From Acidobacteriota bacterium (lineage in GTDB: Bacteria; Acidobacteriota; Thermoanaerobaculia; UBA5066), in the NCBI GenBank assembly GCA_016716715.1, contig JADJVE010000019.1, positions 27,083 through 91,082 on the forward strand: a stretch of DNA of 64,000 bases, in the 5' to 3' direction. Every line of letters begins with the position of its first letter. Within the stretch, counting starts at the first letter, position 1. This document shows positions 1 through 9,224 of the stretch, in pieces. Under the pieces are notes generated by a model. It saw nothing but the letters and a program-made list of their open reading frames with translations, had not been told where the DNA came from and made no database searches. The position numbers were made by a program, and so were the translations under genes.

Positions 1-765
1 CGTCCCGACGGGGAGGGGATTTCCCGTCGCGTTGAAGACGCCGAACGTTTTCGTGTCGAGGCACTTCACGATCCAGGTGCCGAGGTCGCGCACGTCGATG
101 AACTGGACGAAGTCGGACGGCTTGTTCGGCGCGAGGACCTCGCCGCCCCTCGCGACGCGGACGGGCCAGTACGTGAAGCGGTCCGTCAGGTCGTTCGGGC
201 CGACGATGAGGCCCGGGCGGACGTTCGTGACGCGGCCCGGCATCGCGGCCTCGGCGGCGCGCTCGCAGGCGGCCTTGAGGGGCCCGTAGTTCCCTTCCGT
301 GATCTTGTCGGCGTTCGGGTCCTTGAGCTCGCCGACCGGGCCGCTCTCGTCCACGCCCGGCTTGCTGAGGTCGGAGAAGACCGAGATGGACGAGATGAAG
401 ACGTACTGCTTCGATTTCGAGAGGAGGCCGGCCGACGCGGCGACCTGTTTCGGGAAGTAGCCCGACGTGTCCACGACGGCGTCCCAGGCGCGGCCTTCGA
501 GGGACTTCAGGTCGCCGTTGCGGTCCCCCTGCAGATGCTCCAGCTCCGGGAACCAGTCCGGGTGGGACTTGCCCCGGTTGAAGAGAGTGATCTTCCAGCC
601 GCTCTTCTTGGCGGCCTCGACGACCTCGGGGCCGAGAAAGCGCGTCCCGCCGAGGATGAGGAGCGTCTTCGGTTCCGCCCCTGAAAGCAGGCGGCTCGTC
701 CCCAGGGCGGAGGCTGCGGCGGCTGCGGCGGCTGTCTTCAGCAGGTCGCGTCGTGTCTGTGTCAA
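1..765 (-). CDS. NAD(P)-binding NmrA-like/epimerase-family oxidoreductase with twin-arginine (Tat) signal peptide. Partial: the C-terminus continues past the window start.
   Basis: Own translation of the minus strand. TTG start at 765..763 overlaps the rfbA stop (TTGA). The N-terminus [22 protein letters not shown] is a Tat-type signal. It is followed by a Rossmann motif [14 protein letters not shown] and an NmrA/SDR-like body. Not in the ORF track because the ORF has no stop inside the window. Confidence 0.55.
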   Translation of the reverse strand, partial: MTQTRRDLLKTAAAAAAASALGTSRLLSGAEPKTLLILGGTRFLGPEVVEAAKKSGWKITLFNRGKSHPDWFPELEHLQGDRNGDLKSLEGRAWDAVVDTSGYFPKQVAASAGLLSKSKQYVFISSISVFSDLSKPGVDESGPVGELKDPNADKITEGNYGPLKAACERAAEAAMPGRVTNVRPGLIVGPNDLTDRFTYWPVRVARGGEVLAPNKPSDFVQFIDVRDLGTWIVKCLDTKTFGVFNATGNPLPVGT

Positions 766-1637
766 GGTCGTCCCTCCTCGAGCATGCGAAGGAGATACGC
801 ACCGTACTCGTTCTTGTTCATCCGGGCGGCGAGCCGGGCGACGTCTTCCGACGAGATCCATCCGGCGTTCCAGGCGATCTCCTCCGGGCAGGCGACCTTG
901 AGCCCCTGCCGGGCCTCGATGGCCTGGATGAAGTTCGAGGCCTGGAGGAGCGCCTCGTGCGTGCCGGTGTCGAGCCACGCCATCCCGCGCCCGAGGATCT
1001 CGACGTGGAGGTCGCCGGTCGCGAGGTACGCGCGGTTCACGTCCGTGATCTCGAGCTCGCCGCGCGGGGAGGGCTTCAGGTTCGCGGCCACGTCGAGGAC
1101 GCGGTTGTCGTAGAAGTAGAGACCCGTGACGGCGTAGTTCGACCGCGGCGCAGGCGGCTTCTCCTCGAGGCCGACGGCGCGGCCCTTCGCGTCGAACTCG
1201 ACGACGCCGTAGCGCTGCGGGTCGAGGACGCGGTACGCGAAGACGGTCGCGCCCGCGGCGCGGCCCGCGGCGCGCTGGAGCATCTCGGGCAGGCCGTGGC
1301 CGTAGAAGAGGTTGTCGCCGAGCGCGAGGGCGACGCCGTCCTCGCCGACGAAGTCCCTCCCGATCAGGAACGCCTGCGCGAGGCCCTCGGGCTTCGGCTG
1401 CGCCGCGTAGGAGATCCGGATCCCGAACTGCGAGCCGTCGCCGAGGAGGCGCACGAAGGAAGCCTGGTCTTCGGGGGTCGTGATCACGAGGACGTCCCGC
1501 AGCCCCGCGAGCATGAGCGTCGAGAGGGGGTAATAGACCATCGGCTTGTCGTAGACGGGGCAGAGCTGCTTGGAGAGGCCGATGGTGAGGGGATACAGCC
1601 GCGTGCCGGAGCCGCCGGCGAGGATGATTCCCTTCAC
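762..1637 (-). CDS. rfbA: glucose-1-phosphate thymidylyltransferase
   Basis: [17 protein letters not shown]...[12 protein letters not shown]...EKP motifs typical of RmlA. GTG start at 1637 overlaps the rfbB stop (GTGA). Confidence 0.9.
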   Translation of the reverse strand: MKGIILAGGSGTRLYPLTIGLSKQLCPVYDKPMVYYPLSTLMLAGLRDVLVITTPEDQASFVRLLGDGSQFGIRISYAAQPKPEGLAQAFLIGRDFVGEDGVALALGDNLFYGHGLPEMLQRAAGRAAGATVFAYRVLDPQRYGVVEFDAKGRAVGLEEKPPAPRSNYAVTGLYFYDNRVLDVAANLKPSPRGELEITDVNRAYLATGDLHVEILGRGMAWLDTGTHEALLQASNFIQAIEARQGLKVACPEEIAWNAGWISSEDVARLAARMNKNEYGAYLLRMLEEGRP

Positions 1638-2733
1638 GCGGGAACTCCGAGGCCGATGCGCGCCCGCGCGTCCTGGCCGGTCTGAACCGCGGCGCACCAT
1701 TCCGGGTTGTCCACGTACCACCGCACCGTCCGAAGAAGACCTTCTTCGAATGAGTAAGAGGGCTCCACCCGAGGTCCGTGCGTATCTTGCTGGCGTCGAT
1801 CGCGTAGCGGCGGTCGTGCCCCGGCCGATCCTTGACGAACGTCTTCAAATCCCCGTATCCCCTCTTACCCTTCAAAGAACTCTTCTCCGAAATCTTCCGG
1901 TTCTCTACGAACGGAACGGTCTGCTCGAGCGCCGCACAGAGAGCGTCGACGATCTGCAGGTTCGTCCGCTCGTTGCCGCCGCCGATGTTGTACTTGCTCC
2001 CCGGCGCCGCCTTCTGGAGCACGAGCAGGATGCCGCGGCAGTGGTCCTCGACGTGCAGCCAGTCGCGGACGTTGCCGCCGTCGCCGTAGATCGGGAGCGG
2101 CTTGCCCTCGAGCGCGTTCAGGATCATGAGAGGGATGAGCTTCTCGGGGAACTGATTCGGCCCGTAGTTGTTCGAGCAGTTCGTGAGGAGCGTCGGGAGG
2201 CGGTACGTCTCGTGCCACGCACGGACGAGGTGGTCCGCGGCCGCCTTGGACGCGGCGTACGGCGAGTTCGGGGCGTACGGCGTCTCTTCCGAGAAGAGGC
2301 CCGTCGGCCCGAGCGTTCCGTAGACCTCGTCCGTCGAGACGTGAAGGAAACGGAAGGCCTCGCGCGCGGCCGGCGGGAGCGCCGCCGTGTGCGCCCGCGA
2401 CGCCTCGAGGAGGACGTACGTCCCCGTGACGTTCGTGTGGATGAAGGCGCCCGGGCCGTCGATCGAGCGGTCGACGTGCGTCTCGGCCGCGAAGTTCAGG
2501 ACGGCGCGGGGGCGGTGCTTTTCGAAGACGGCCTTCATGGCCGCGGCGTCCGCGATGTCGGCCTCGACGAAGGCGAAGCGGGGGTCTCTCTCGCAGTCGG
2601 CGAGGCTGGCCCGGTGCCCGGAGTACGTCAGCTTGTCGACGACGACCACGGGGCCGGAGGTTTCCTTCAGGGCGAGGCGGACGAAGTTCGAGCCGATGAA
2701 ACCGGCTCCGCCGGTGACGAGTATCGAGTCCAT
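1634..2733 (-). CDS. rfbB: dTDP-glucose 4,6-dehydratase carrying a single-base frameshift near 1750-1762 (sequencing error or pseudogene)
   Basis: N-terminus [19 protein letters not shown], a [15 protein letters not shown] active-site region and [16 protein letters not shown]. After ...DLGWSP the frame is lost and resumes one base over as [21 protein letters not shown], ending at TGA 1636..1634. One G/C of a homopolymer appears to be missing. Carries an approximately 39-nt in-frame AT-rich repeat copy (1861..1900, [16 protein letters not shown]). This frame is absent from the supplied ORF track. Confidence 0.8.
1861..1900 (+). repeat. AT-rich mini-repeat copy (in-frame insertion in rfbB)
   Basis: CCTCTTACCCTTCAAAGAACTCTTCTCCGAAATCTTCCGG. 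About 13 extra residues relative to typical RfbB. Confidence 0.5.
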
Positions 2734-2836
2734 ACGGCCCGGAGGATATCGGACTCGGCCCGCGCCCGCGAAGAGCCTCGGCGCTGAGCTAGACTTCGGG
2801 CGCCCGGGGTGTGGTCCCGACACGGAAGGAGAACGC

Positions 2837-3646
2837 ATGAAGAAGTCCGTGCTTGCGATTCTGGCCGGCGCCGTCCTTGCGGCCGCGCCCGCTTTCGCCC
2901 AGTTCGAGGGCGAGCTGTCGATGAAGATGACGATGCGGGAAGGCAGCGGGACGGGGCGGGCCTACGTCTCGGCCGCCGGGACCCGCTCGGAGCTGGACAT
3001 CCAGACGGCCCAGGCGCCGTTCAGGATGACGACGCTCATGAAGGCGTCGAATCCCGACGTCATGTACATGATCAACGACGAGCAGAAGGCCTACGCCGAG
3101 GTCGACCTCAAGAAGATCAAGGAACAGGCCGCGAAGTACCGCGACAAGTCGAAGGAAACCTGGTCCGTCAAGAAGCTCGGGAAAGAGACGATCAACGGGT
3201 ACTCCTGCGACCACGCCTTCGTCACGAAGGCCGAGGACGCGAAGACCGAGCAGGAGCTCTGGACCTCGAAGGACGTCTCGGGTCTGAGCTACGAGTCCAT
3301 GCGCGGCCTCATGCGCCGCGGCAACGAGAGCGACGACGGGATGATGAAGGCCCTGCGCGACGCGGGCATCGACGGGTTCGTCGTGAAGAGGATCATGCGC
3401 GAGAAGGGCAACCCGGCGCCGGTCGCCACGATGGAGCTCACGAAAGTCGAGAGGAAGTCGCTCAAGAGCGCGCTGTTCGAGATCCCGTCCGGCTACACGA
3501 AGAAGGAAGGGATGATGGGCGCCGCGAGCGTCATGGCGCCCCCCGGCGCCGGCGGCGACGAGATGCGCAAGGCGATGGAGGGCCTCTCGCCCGAGCAGCA
3601 GAAGCAGATCCAGGAGATGATGAAGAGGCAGCAGCCGGCCAAGTAG
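2837..3646 (+). CDS. secreted hypothetical protein, DUF4412-like
   Basis: ATG preceded by GGAAGGAG. Signal peptide [21 protein letters not shown]. Lys/Glu-rich mature region with a [12 protein letters not shown] motif. Confidence 0.6.
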   Translation: MKKSVLAILAGAVLAAAPAFAQFEGELSMKMTMREGSGTGRAYVSAAGTRSELDIQTAQAPFRMTTLMKASNPDVMYMINDEQKAYAEVDLKKIKEQAAKYRDKSKETWSVKKLGKETINGYSCDHAFVTKAEDAKTEQELWTSKDVSGLSYESMRGLMRRGNESDDGMMKALRDAGIDGFVVKRIMREKGNPAPVATMELTKVERKSLKSALFEIPSGYTKKEGMMGAASVMAPPGAGGDEMRKAMEGLSPEQQKQIQEMMKRQQPAK

Positions 3647-4219
3647 CTACTTCTTCTTCTGAACGGCCGGGAGAAGCGCGCTGAAGCCCGCGGCGCTCTT
3701 CGCGGAGTCGAAGGAGAGCTTCACGCGGTCGCCGGTGGGCGCGGCGCGGCCTGCCATCCCCGGGTTGAACCCGTGCGCGCCCCACGAGAAGCTCTGCGGG
3801 GCGCTCGCGATCTCGCCCTTGTGGTCCTTGTGGGTGCTCTCGCCCTCGACCCTCTTGATGTGTGTGTCGATGGCTTGCGCGGTGTCGAGCTTGACGGCTG
3901 CCTGGTCGATCTTGACGAAGTCCTTCTGGCCCTCGCCCGCTTTCCGCGCCGTGGAGACGGGCGGCGCCTGCGACGGGAAGCCGCGCGCCTCGGCGGGCGT
4001 CTTGCCCTTGAGGACGCCGCCCTGGAGGAACAGGAACTCGGCGGCGTTGCCGAATCCCTTGTAGTCGATCTTGACGTCGTACTTGCCCGCCGGCAGGACC
4101 GAGCCGTCGCCGAGCTTGACGGCCTGCGGCAGCGTGACGAACGTCATGTACGCGTCGACGGCCGCGGGCGCCGAGGCGGCCGCGGCGAGAAGGACGGCGG
4201 CAGCGAGAGTCGCCTTCAT
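3647..4219 (-). CDS. secreted hypothetical protein
   Basis: C-terminal part of track ORF 3647..6385. The real start is MKATLAAAVLLAAAASAPAAVDA (signal peptide) at 4219. Converges on the previous gene. Confidence 0.5.
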   Translation of the reverse strand: MKATLAAAVLLAAAASAPAAVDAYMTFVTLPQAVKLGDGSVLPAGKYDVKIDYKGFGNAAEFLFLQGGVLKGKTPAEARGFPSQAPPVSTARKAGEGQKDFVKIDQAAVKLDTAQAIDTHIKRVEGESTHKDHKGEIASAPQSFSWGAHGFNPGMAGRAAPTGDRVKLSFDSAKSAAGFSALLPAVQKKK

Positions 4220-4246
4220 AATGAGTTTCCTCTTGAGACTGATTCT

Positions 4247-7200
4247 ATGACCATCCTCCTCACCGCGTGTTTTTTCGTGTCGGGCGCCGCAGGGCTCGCG
4301 TACGAGGTTCTGTGGTCGCGGCACCTCGCGCTCCTGTTCGGCGCGAACGCGGAGGCGGTCGGGCTCGTCCTCGCGGTCTTCATGAGCGGCCTCGGCCTCG
4401 GGAGCCGCGCGTTCGGGGGCCTCGCGGACCGGACACGCGCGCCCCTGCGGCTCTACGCAGCCCTGGAAGCGGGTATCGGAGTCTTCGCGCTCGCCACGGG
4501 GCCGCTCCTCGCGGCCGTCGCGCGGGCGTTCCCGGCCCTCGCGGCCGCGCTCGGCGGGGGGCCGGCTGCGACCGCTTCGGCCAAGGCGTTCCTCGCGGCA
4601 CTCGTGCTCTTCCCGCCCGCGTTCCTCATGGGCGGCACGCTGCCCGCCCTCGCGCGGGCGCTCGCCCGCGAGGCGGCGCGGGCGCCGCGCGTCGTGTCGC
4701 TTCTCTACGCGGTCAACCTCCTGGGAGCCGTCTCTGGCGCCGCGCTCACGGGTTTCTGGGCCGTCGAGAACGCGGGCCTCGCCGCGACGATGGGGGGCGC
4801 GGCGGCGGCTGATTTCGCGGTTGCGGCCGTCGCGTTCGTCGCCGCATCGCGCCTCCTCGCGCCGCCGCCCGTGGACGCGGCGCTCTCCGCGCCGGATCCG
4901 CTCTCCTTGCTCGCGCGCGCCGCCCTCTTCGCGGGACTCTTCGCCTCCGGCGCCGTCTTCATGCTCGACGAGGTCGTCTTCACGCGGCTCCTGTCGCTCG
5001 CCTTCGGCGTGTCGTCGTACTCGTTCACACTCGTCCTCGTCCTCTGCCTCCTCGGGCTCGGGATCGGCGGTTTCGCGGCTTCGGCGCGCTCCGCGCGCGG
5101 GCCCGTGACGCTCGCGGCGTTCGGGCGCGTCCAGCTCGCGTCGGCGGCCTTCGCCGGCGCCGCGATGGCGGCCGTGCCTCTCGTGTCGCGCACGATTCTC
5201 CTCGCGCGACAGGTGCCGGGGCTCGGCTTCGGAGCCTCGCTCGGCCTCAAGGCGGCACTCGCCGCGGCGCTCCTCCTGCCTCTCGCGGCCGTGGCCGGCG
5301 CGGGCATGCCTCTGCTTCTCGCGTTCGTCGCGGGGCGGCCCGGCGGCGTCGGGACGTCCGTCGGGCGCGCTTCGCTCGTGAACACGGCCGGGACGCTCGC
5401 GGGCAGCCTCGCGACGGGGTTCTTCCTCGTGTCCGCCTTCGGCTCGCAGACGACGCTGCGCCTCGGCGCGCTCGCGAGTCTCGGCGCCGGCCTTCTGGCC
5501 CTCGCCGCCGCGCGCGGGCGCCCCGGCGCCGCGGCCGTTTCGGCGGCGGGCGCGCTCGCGCTCGGCGTGCTCCTCGTCCCGCGCTGGCCGGACTGGGTCT
5601 TCCTGAGGTCCGACACCTATCCGCGCACGCCGCCGGCGGCGACGCGGCTCGAGTTCGAACAGCGCCGCCGCGTCGCGAACGTCGAGCGCCTGTTCTTCGA
5701 AGAGGGCCGCAACGCGACGGTTGCCGTCCTGCAGGGGCCCCGCACCCGGACGCTGGTCTCGAACGGCCACCCCGAGGCGTCGGACGTGGGCGACATGGGG
5801 ACGCAGGTCGGCGTCGCGATCATCCCGCTCGTGCTCCATCCCGCGCCGCGCGACGTCCTCGTCGTCGGCTTCGCGTCGGGAGTCACGGCGGACGCGGCCG
5901 CGCGCGCGCCCGGCGTGGAGCGCGTGGACGTGGCGGAGCTCGAGACGGCGATGTTCCGGGCCGCGGCCCGCTTCGGACACGTGAACAACGGCGTTCTCGC
6001 GAACCCCAGGGTCCGGCTGCATCCCGTGGACGCGCGCAGCCTGATCGCTGCCGGCGGCGGCCGGTGGGACGTCGTCCTGTCCGAGCCGTCGAATCTCTGG
6101 CGCGCGGGCGTCTCGAACCTCTTCACGGCCGACTTCTACGCGTCCGCGCGGGGCGCGCTCAAGAAAGGCGGCATCTTCGCGCAGTGGCTCCAGCTCTACG
6201 GCCTGCGCTGGGAGACGCTGCGGACCGTCTTCGCGACGCTCGTCCGCTCGTTCCCGCACACGGAGGTCTGGTGGGTGGACGGCGGAGACGTCGTCCTCCT
6301 CGGGGCCGAGTCGCCGATCGTGGCGTCGCGCGCGAAGGCCGAAGCGGTCCTCGCCGGGACGTACCGGGACGACCTGCGCCGGCATCTCGGGACGGCCGAG
6401 CCGGCGGGCTTCTGGGCGCGGTACCTCCTCGGCCGCGACGACCTCGAAGCGCTCGTCGCGGGCGTCGGGAGGATCAACACGGACGACCGGCCCGTCGTCG
6501 AGTTCGACGCGCCCCGCGACCTCTATCAGCCGGGCGAGGACAACGCCGCGCGTTTGCTGGAGGAGAAGATCGCGCGCGGGCGCTTCTCACCGCCGCTCTC
6601 GGGACCGCCGCCGACGCGGGCGGAGACGTGGGCGGGCCTCGCGGGGATGTACGGCGTGCTCGGCCGCCCGGCCCTCGCCCGGGGCGCCGCGCTGCGCGCG
6701 TTCGAGGACGAGCCGCTCGGGACGTACGCCCTCCGGGCCGCGCGCTTCGCGCTTCAGGACGGGGCCGTTGCCGACGCGGAAGCGGATCTCGAGCGCGCGC
6801 GCGCCGCCGGCGTCGAACCGGCGAAGGCGTCGGACGTGGAGGGACGGATCCGGGCCGCGCAGGGGCGCATCGAGGAGGCCGTGGCGGCCTTCGCGCGCGC
6901 GGACACCGAGGGAGCGCCCGGTCTCGAGCGCCTGGCGCTGCTGGCGATCTACGGCGACGAGACGGACGCGCTGGAACAGGCGGACCGCCTCCTCGCGGCG
7001 CGCGCGCGGGGCGCTCTTGCGCCCGGCGACGCGGCGCGGGCGGCGGAGGACCTCGGGCGGGCGGCGCGGACGCCGGACGTCGCGGCGCGCGCGCTCGATG
7101 CGCTCGAGCGCCGGATCGGAAGCGACGCGGGCGTGCCGCGCATCCCGGTGCTGAAGGCGCGGGCGGCGCTCCTCGTGACGGCGGGACGGCCCGCCGAGGC

Positions 7201-7357
7201 GCTCCGCGCGTGCCTCGCGGCCGAGGCCCTCTCCGCTCTCGACCTCGACCTCATGGCGACGCGCGCCAGGGCGCTGCGTGCTCTCGGGCGCGACGCGGAG
7301 GCCGAGCGCGCCGAGCGCGAGCGGGCGCGTTGGGCGGGCGAGCCGCCCCCGCGCTGA
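4247..7357 (+). CDS. fused membrane/spermidine-synthase-like (polyamine aminopropyltransferase family) protein with a C-terminal TPR-like Ala/Arg-rich region
   Basis: N-terminal polytopic region (MTILLTACFFVSGAAGLAYEVLWSRHL...). A central spermidine-synthase-like fold (VLVVGFASGVTADAAARAPGVERVDVAELE...DVVLSEPSNLW). C-terminal repetitive helical region. Confidence 0.6.
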   Translation: MTILLTACFFVSGAAGLAYEVLWSRHLALLFGANAEAVGLVLAVFMSGLGLGSRAFGGLADRTRAPLRLYAALEAGIGVFALATGPLLAAVARAFPALAAALGGGPAATASAKAFLAALVLFPPAFLMGGTLPALARALAREAARAPRVVSLLYAVNLLGAVSGAALTGFWAVENAGLAATMGGAAAADFAVAAVAFVAASRLLAPPPVDAALSAPDPLSLLARAALFAGLFASGAVFMLDEVVFTRLLSLAFGVSSYSFTLVLVLCLLGLGIGGFAASARSARGPVTLAAFGRVQLASAAFAGAAMAAVPLVSRTILLARQVPGLGFGASLGLKAALAAALLLPLAAVAGAGMPLLLAFVAGRPGGVGTSVGRASLVNTAGTLAGSLATGFFLVSAFGSQTTLRLGALASLGAGLLALAAARGRPGAAAVSAAGALALGVLLVPRWPDWVFLRSDTYPRTPPAATRLEFEQRRRVANVERLFFEEGRNATVAVLQGPRTRTLVSNGHPEASDVGDMGTQVGVAIIPLVLHPAPRDVLVVGFASGVTADAAARAPGVERVDVAELETAMFRAAARFGHVNNGVLANPRVRLHPVDARSLIAAGGGRWDVVLSEPSNLWRAGVSNLFTADFYASARGALKKGGIFAQWLQLYGLRWETLRTVFATLVRSFPHTEVWWVDGGDVVLLGAESPIVASRAKAEAVLAGTYRDDLRRHLGTAEPAGFWARYLLGRDDLEALVAGVGRINTDDRPVVEFDAPRDLYQPGEDNAARLLEEKIARGRFSPPLSGPPPTRAETWAGLAGMYGVLGRPALARGAALRAFEDEPLGTYALRAARFALQDGAVADAEADLERARAAGVEPAKASDVEGRIRAAQGRIEEAVAAFARADTEGAPGLERLALLAIYGDETDALEQADRLLAARARGALAPGDAARAAEDLGRAARTPDVAARALDALERRIGSDAGVPRIPVLKARAALLVTAGRPAEALRACLAAEALSALDLDLMATRARALRALGRDAEAERAERERARWAGEPPPR

Positions 7358-7370
7358 TCAGGCCGCGTGG

Positions 7371-9224
7371 TCAGGCGGCGGCTTCGCGGTCCTTGAGCTG
7401 GAGCGCGTACAGGCGGGCGTAGAGCCCGCCCTTCTCGAGCAGCTCGGCATGCGTGCCGGACTCCTTCACCTCGCCGTGCGAGAGGACGAGGATCCGGTCG
7501 GCGCGCACGATCGTCGAGAGGCGGTGGGCGACGACGAGCGACGTGCGGCCCGCGAGGACGCGCTGCACGGCCCGCTCGATCGTCTTCTCCGTCTCCGGGT
7601 CGACCGAGGACGTCGCCTCGTCGAGGATCAGGATGCGCGGGTCTCGGGCGAGCGCGCGCGCGAACGAGACGAGCTGCTTTTCGCCGACCGAGAGGCCGCC
7701 GCCGCGCTCCGTGAGCTTCGCGTCGAGCCCGCCCGGGATCCGCGCGAGGAGCGGCCCGAGCCCGACCTCGCGGCAGGCCTCCTCGATCCGCGCGCGCGGC
7801 ATGTCGGGGTCGAAGAAAGAGACGTTTTCCGCGATCGTGCCCGTGAAGAGGAAGGTGTCCTGCAGGACGATTCCGAAGTGCTCGCGCAGCCGCACGGGGT
7901 GGTAGCGGCGGACGTCCTCGCCGTCGACGAGGACGCGGCCCGAGGTCACGTCGTAGAAGCGCAGCAGGACGTTCAGGATCGTGGACTTGCCGGCGCCCGT
8001 CGCGCCGACGAGCGCGACCGTCTGGCCCGGCGGCACGTGGAACGAGACGCCCTTGAGGATCTCCTCGCCCGCTTTATAGGAGAACCGCACGTCCTCGAAC
8101 GCGATCTCGCCGCGCAGCGGCCCGGCCGGGACGACGGGGTTTGCCGGGGCGGTGATCGCGGGCTGGGCGTCGAGAAGCTGGAAGATCCGCTCGGACGACG
8201 CCATCGCGGCCTGCAGGATGTTGTATTTCTCCGAGAGGTCCATGAGCGGCCGGTAGAAACGCTTGCTGTACTGGAGGAACGCGACGACGGCGCCGATCGT
8301 CATGTGCCCGCGCAGCACCTGCCAGCCGCCGTACCAGACGATGGAGGCCATGCCGAGCGCCGAGAGGAAGTCGAGCGCGGGGTAGAAGACCGAGTAGTAG
8401 AAGATCGACTCGATGTTCGCGACGCGGTGCGCGTCGTTGACCTCGGCGAACGCCTTCGCGGCGACGCGCTCGCGGCGGAAGAGCTGGACGATCGCGATTC
8501 CGGAGATGTGCTCCTGCAGGAACGCGTTCACGCGCGCGATCTTCACGCGCACGTCGCGGTAGGTGTCGCGCGCGCCCTTGCGGAACCAGTTCGTGACCCA
8601 GAGCATCGGGAGCAGGATCCCGAACGTGATCGCGGCGAGCGACGGATCGAGCGCGAAGAGGATGCCGACGATCCCGGCGAGCACGACGACGTCGCCGAGC
8701 AGCGCGACGAAGCCGGACGTGAAGAGCTCGTTCAGGGCGTCGACGTCCGTCGTGAGGCGCGTCATGAGCCGCCCGACGGGAGTCCGGTCGAAGACGGCGA
8801 CGTCCGCGCGCTGGAGGTGGCCGAAGATCCGCGTCCGGAGGTCGTACATGACGCCCTGGCCCATCGTGGACGTCCACCAGACCATGACCATCATGAGGAC
8901 GAACGCGAGGAGCGCCGTCGCGATGGAGAGGGCCGCGATCCACTCGATGCCGTGGCCGCCCGCGAGGTCGATCCCGAAGACGGCGAAGAAGCGGTCGACG
9001 CCCTTTGCGGCGGGCCCGGCGCCCGTGCGCTCGCGCGTGAGCACGAGGTCGATGGCGGCGGCCGTCAGGAGCGGGCCCGCGAGCTGCGCGAGGGACTCGA
9101 GGAGGAGCACCGCGAGCGAGCCCGCCGCGTAGGCACGGTACGGCTTCGCGAGGCCGAAGAGCCGGCGCAGGAGGCGCGGCTCGACGGCCTTCCCGAGGAC
9201 CTCTTCCTCGTGGTGGTCGGCCAT
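7371..9224 (-). CDS. ABC transporter permease/ATP-binding protein (exporter half-transporter, MsbA-like)
   Basis: Six-TM region followed by Walker A GATGAGKST, an LSVGEKQ signature and Walker B ILILDEATSSVD. Start MADHHEEEV at 9224 overlaps the upstream gene's stop. Confidence 0.85.
   Translation of the reverse strand: MADHHEEEVLGKAVEPRLLRRLFGLAKPYRAYAAGSLAVLLLESLAQLAGPLLTAAAIDLVLTRERTGAGPAAKGVDRFFAVFGIDLAGGHGIEWIAALSIATALLAFVLMMVMVWWTSTMGQGVMYDLRTRIFGHLQRADVAVFDRTPVGRLMTRLTTDVDALNELFTSGFVALLGDVVVLAGIVGILFALDPSLAAITFGILLPMLWVTNWFRKGARDTYRDVRVKIARVNAFLQEHISGIAIVQLFRRERVAAKAFAEVNDAHRVANIESIFYYSVFYPALDFLSALGMASIVWYGGWQVLRGHMTIGAVVAFLQYSKRFYRPLMDLSEKYNILQAAMASSERIFQLLDAQPAITAPANPVVPAGPLRGEIAFEDVRFSYKAGEEILKGVSFHVPPGQTVALVGATGAGKSTILNVLLRFYDVTSGRVLVDGEDVRRYHPVRLREHFGIVLQDTFLFTGTIAENVSFFDPDMPRARIEEACREVGLGPLLARIPGGLDAKLTERGGGLSVGEKQLVSFARALARDPRILILDEATSSVDPETEKTIERAVQRVLAGRTSLVVAHRLSTIVRADRILVLSHGEVKESGTHAELLEKGGLYARLYALQLKDREAAA

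Noticed and set aside
1570-2787. 405-aa plus-strand ORF in the track, Arg/Pro/Glu-rich
   Set aside because: It is the antisense shadow of rfbB, which is typical of 70% GC DNA. It has no motifs, whereas the opposite strand encodes a textbook RfbB.
4220-6385. N-terminal 700 aa of track ORF 3647..6385 (minus strand) and other very long ORFs (7278..9278 +, 20601..22973 +, 47205..49601 -, 57225..59165 +)
   Set aside because: Low-complexity Arg/Glu/Asp/Pro-rich translations lying opposite well-supported genes. They are shadow ORFs.
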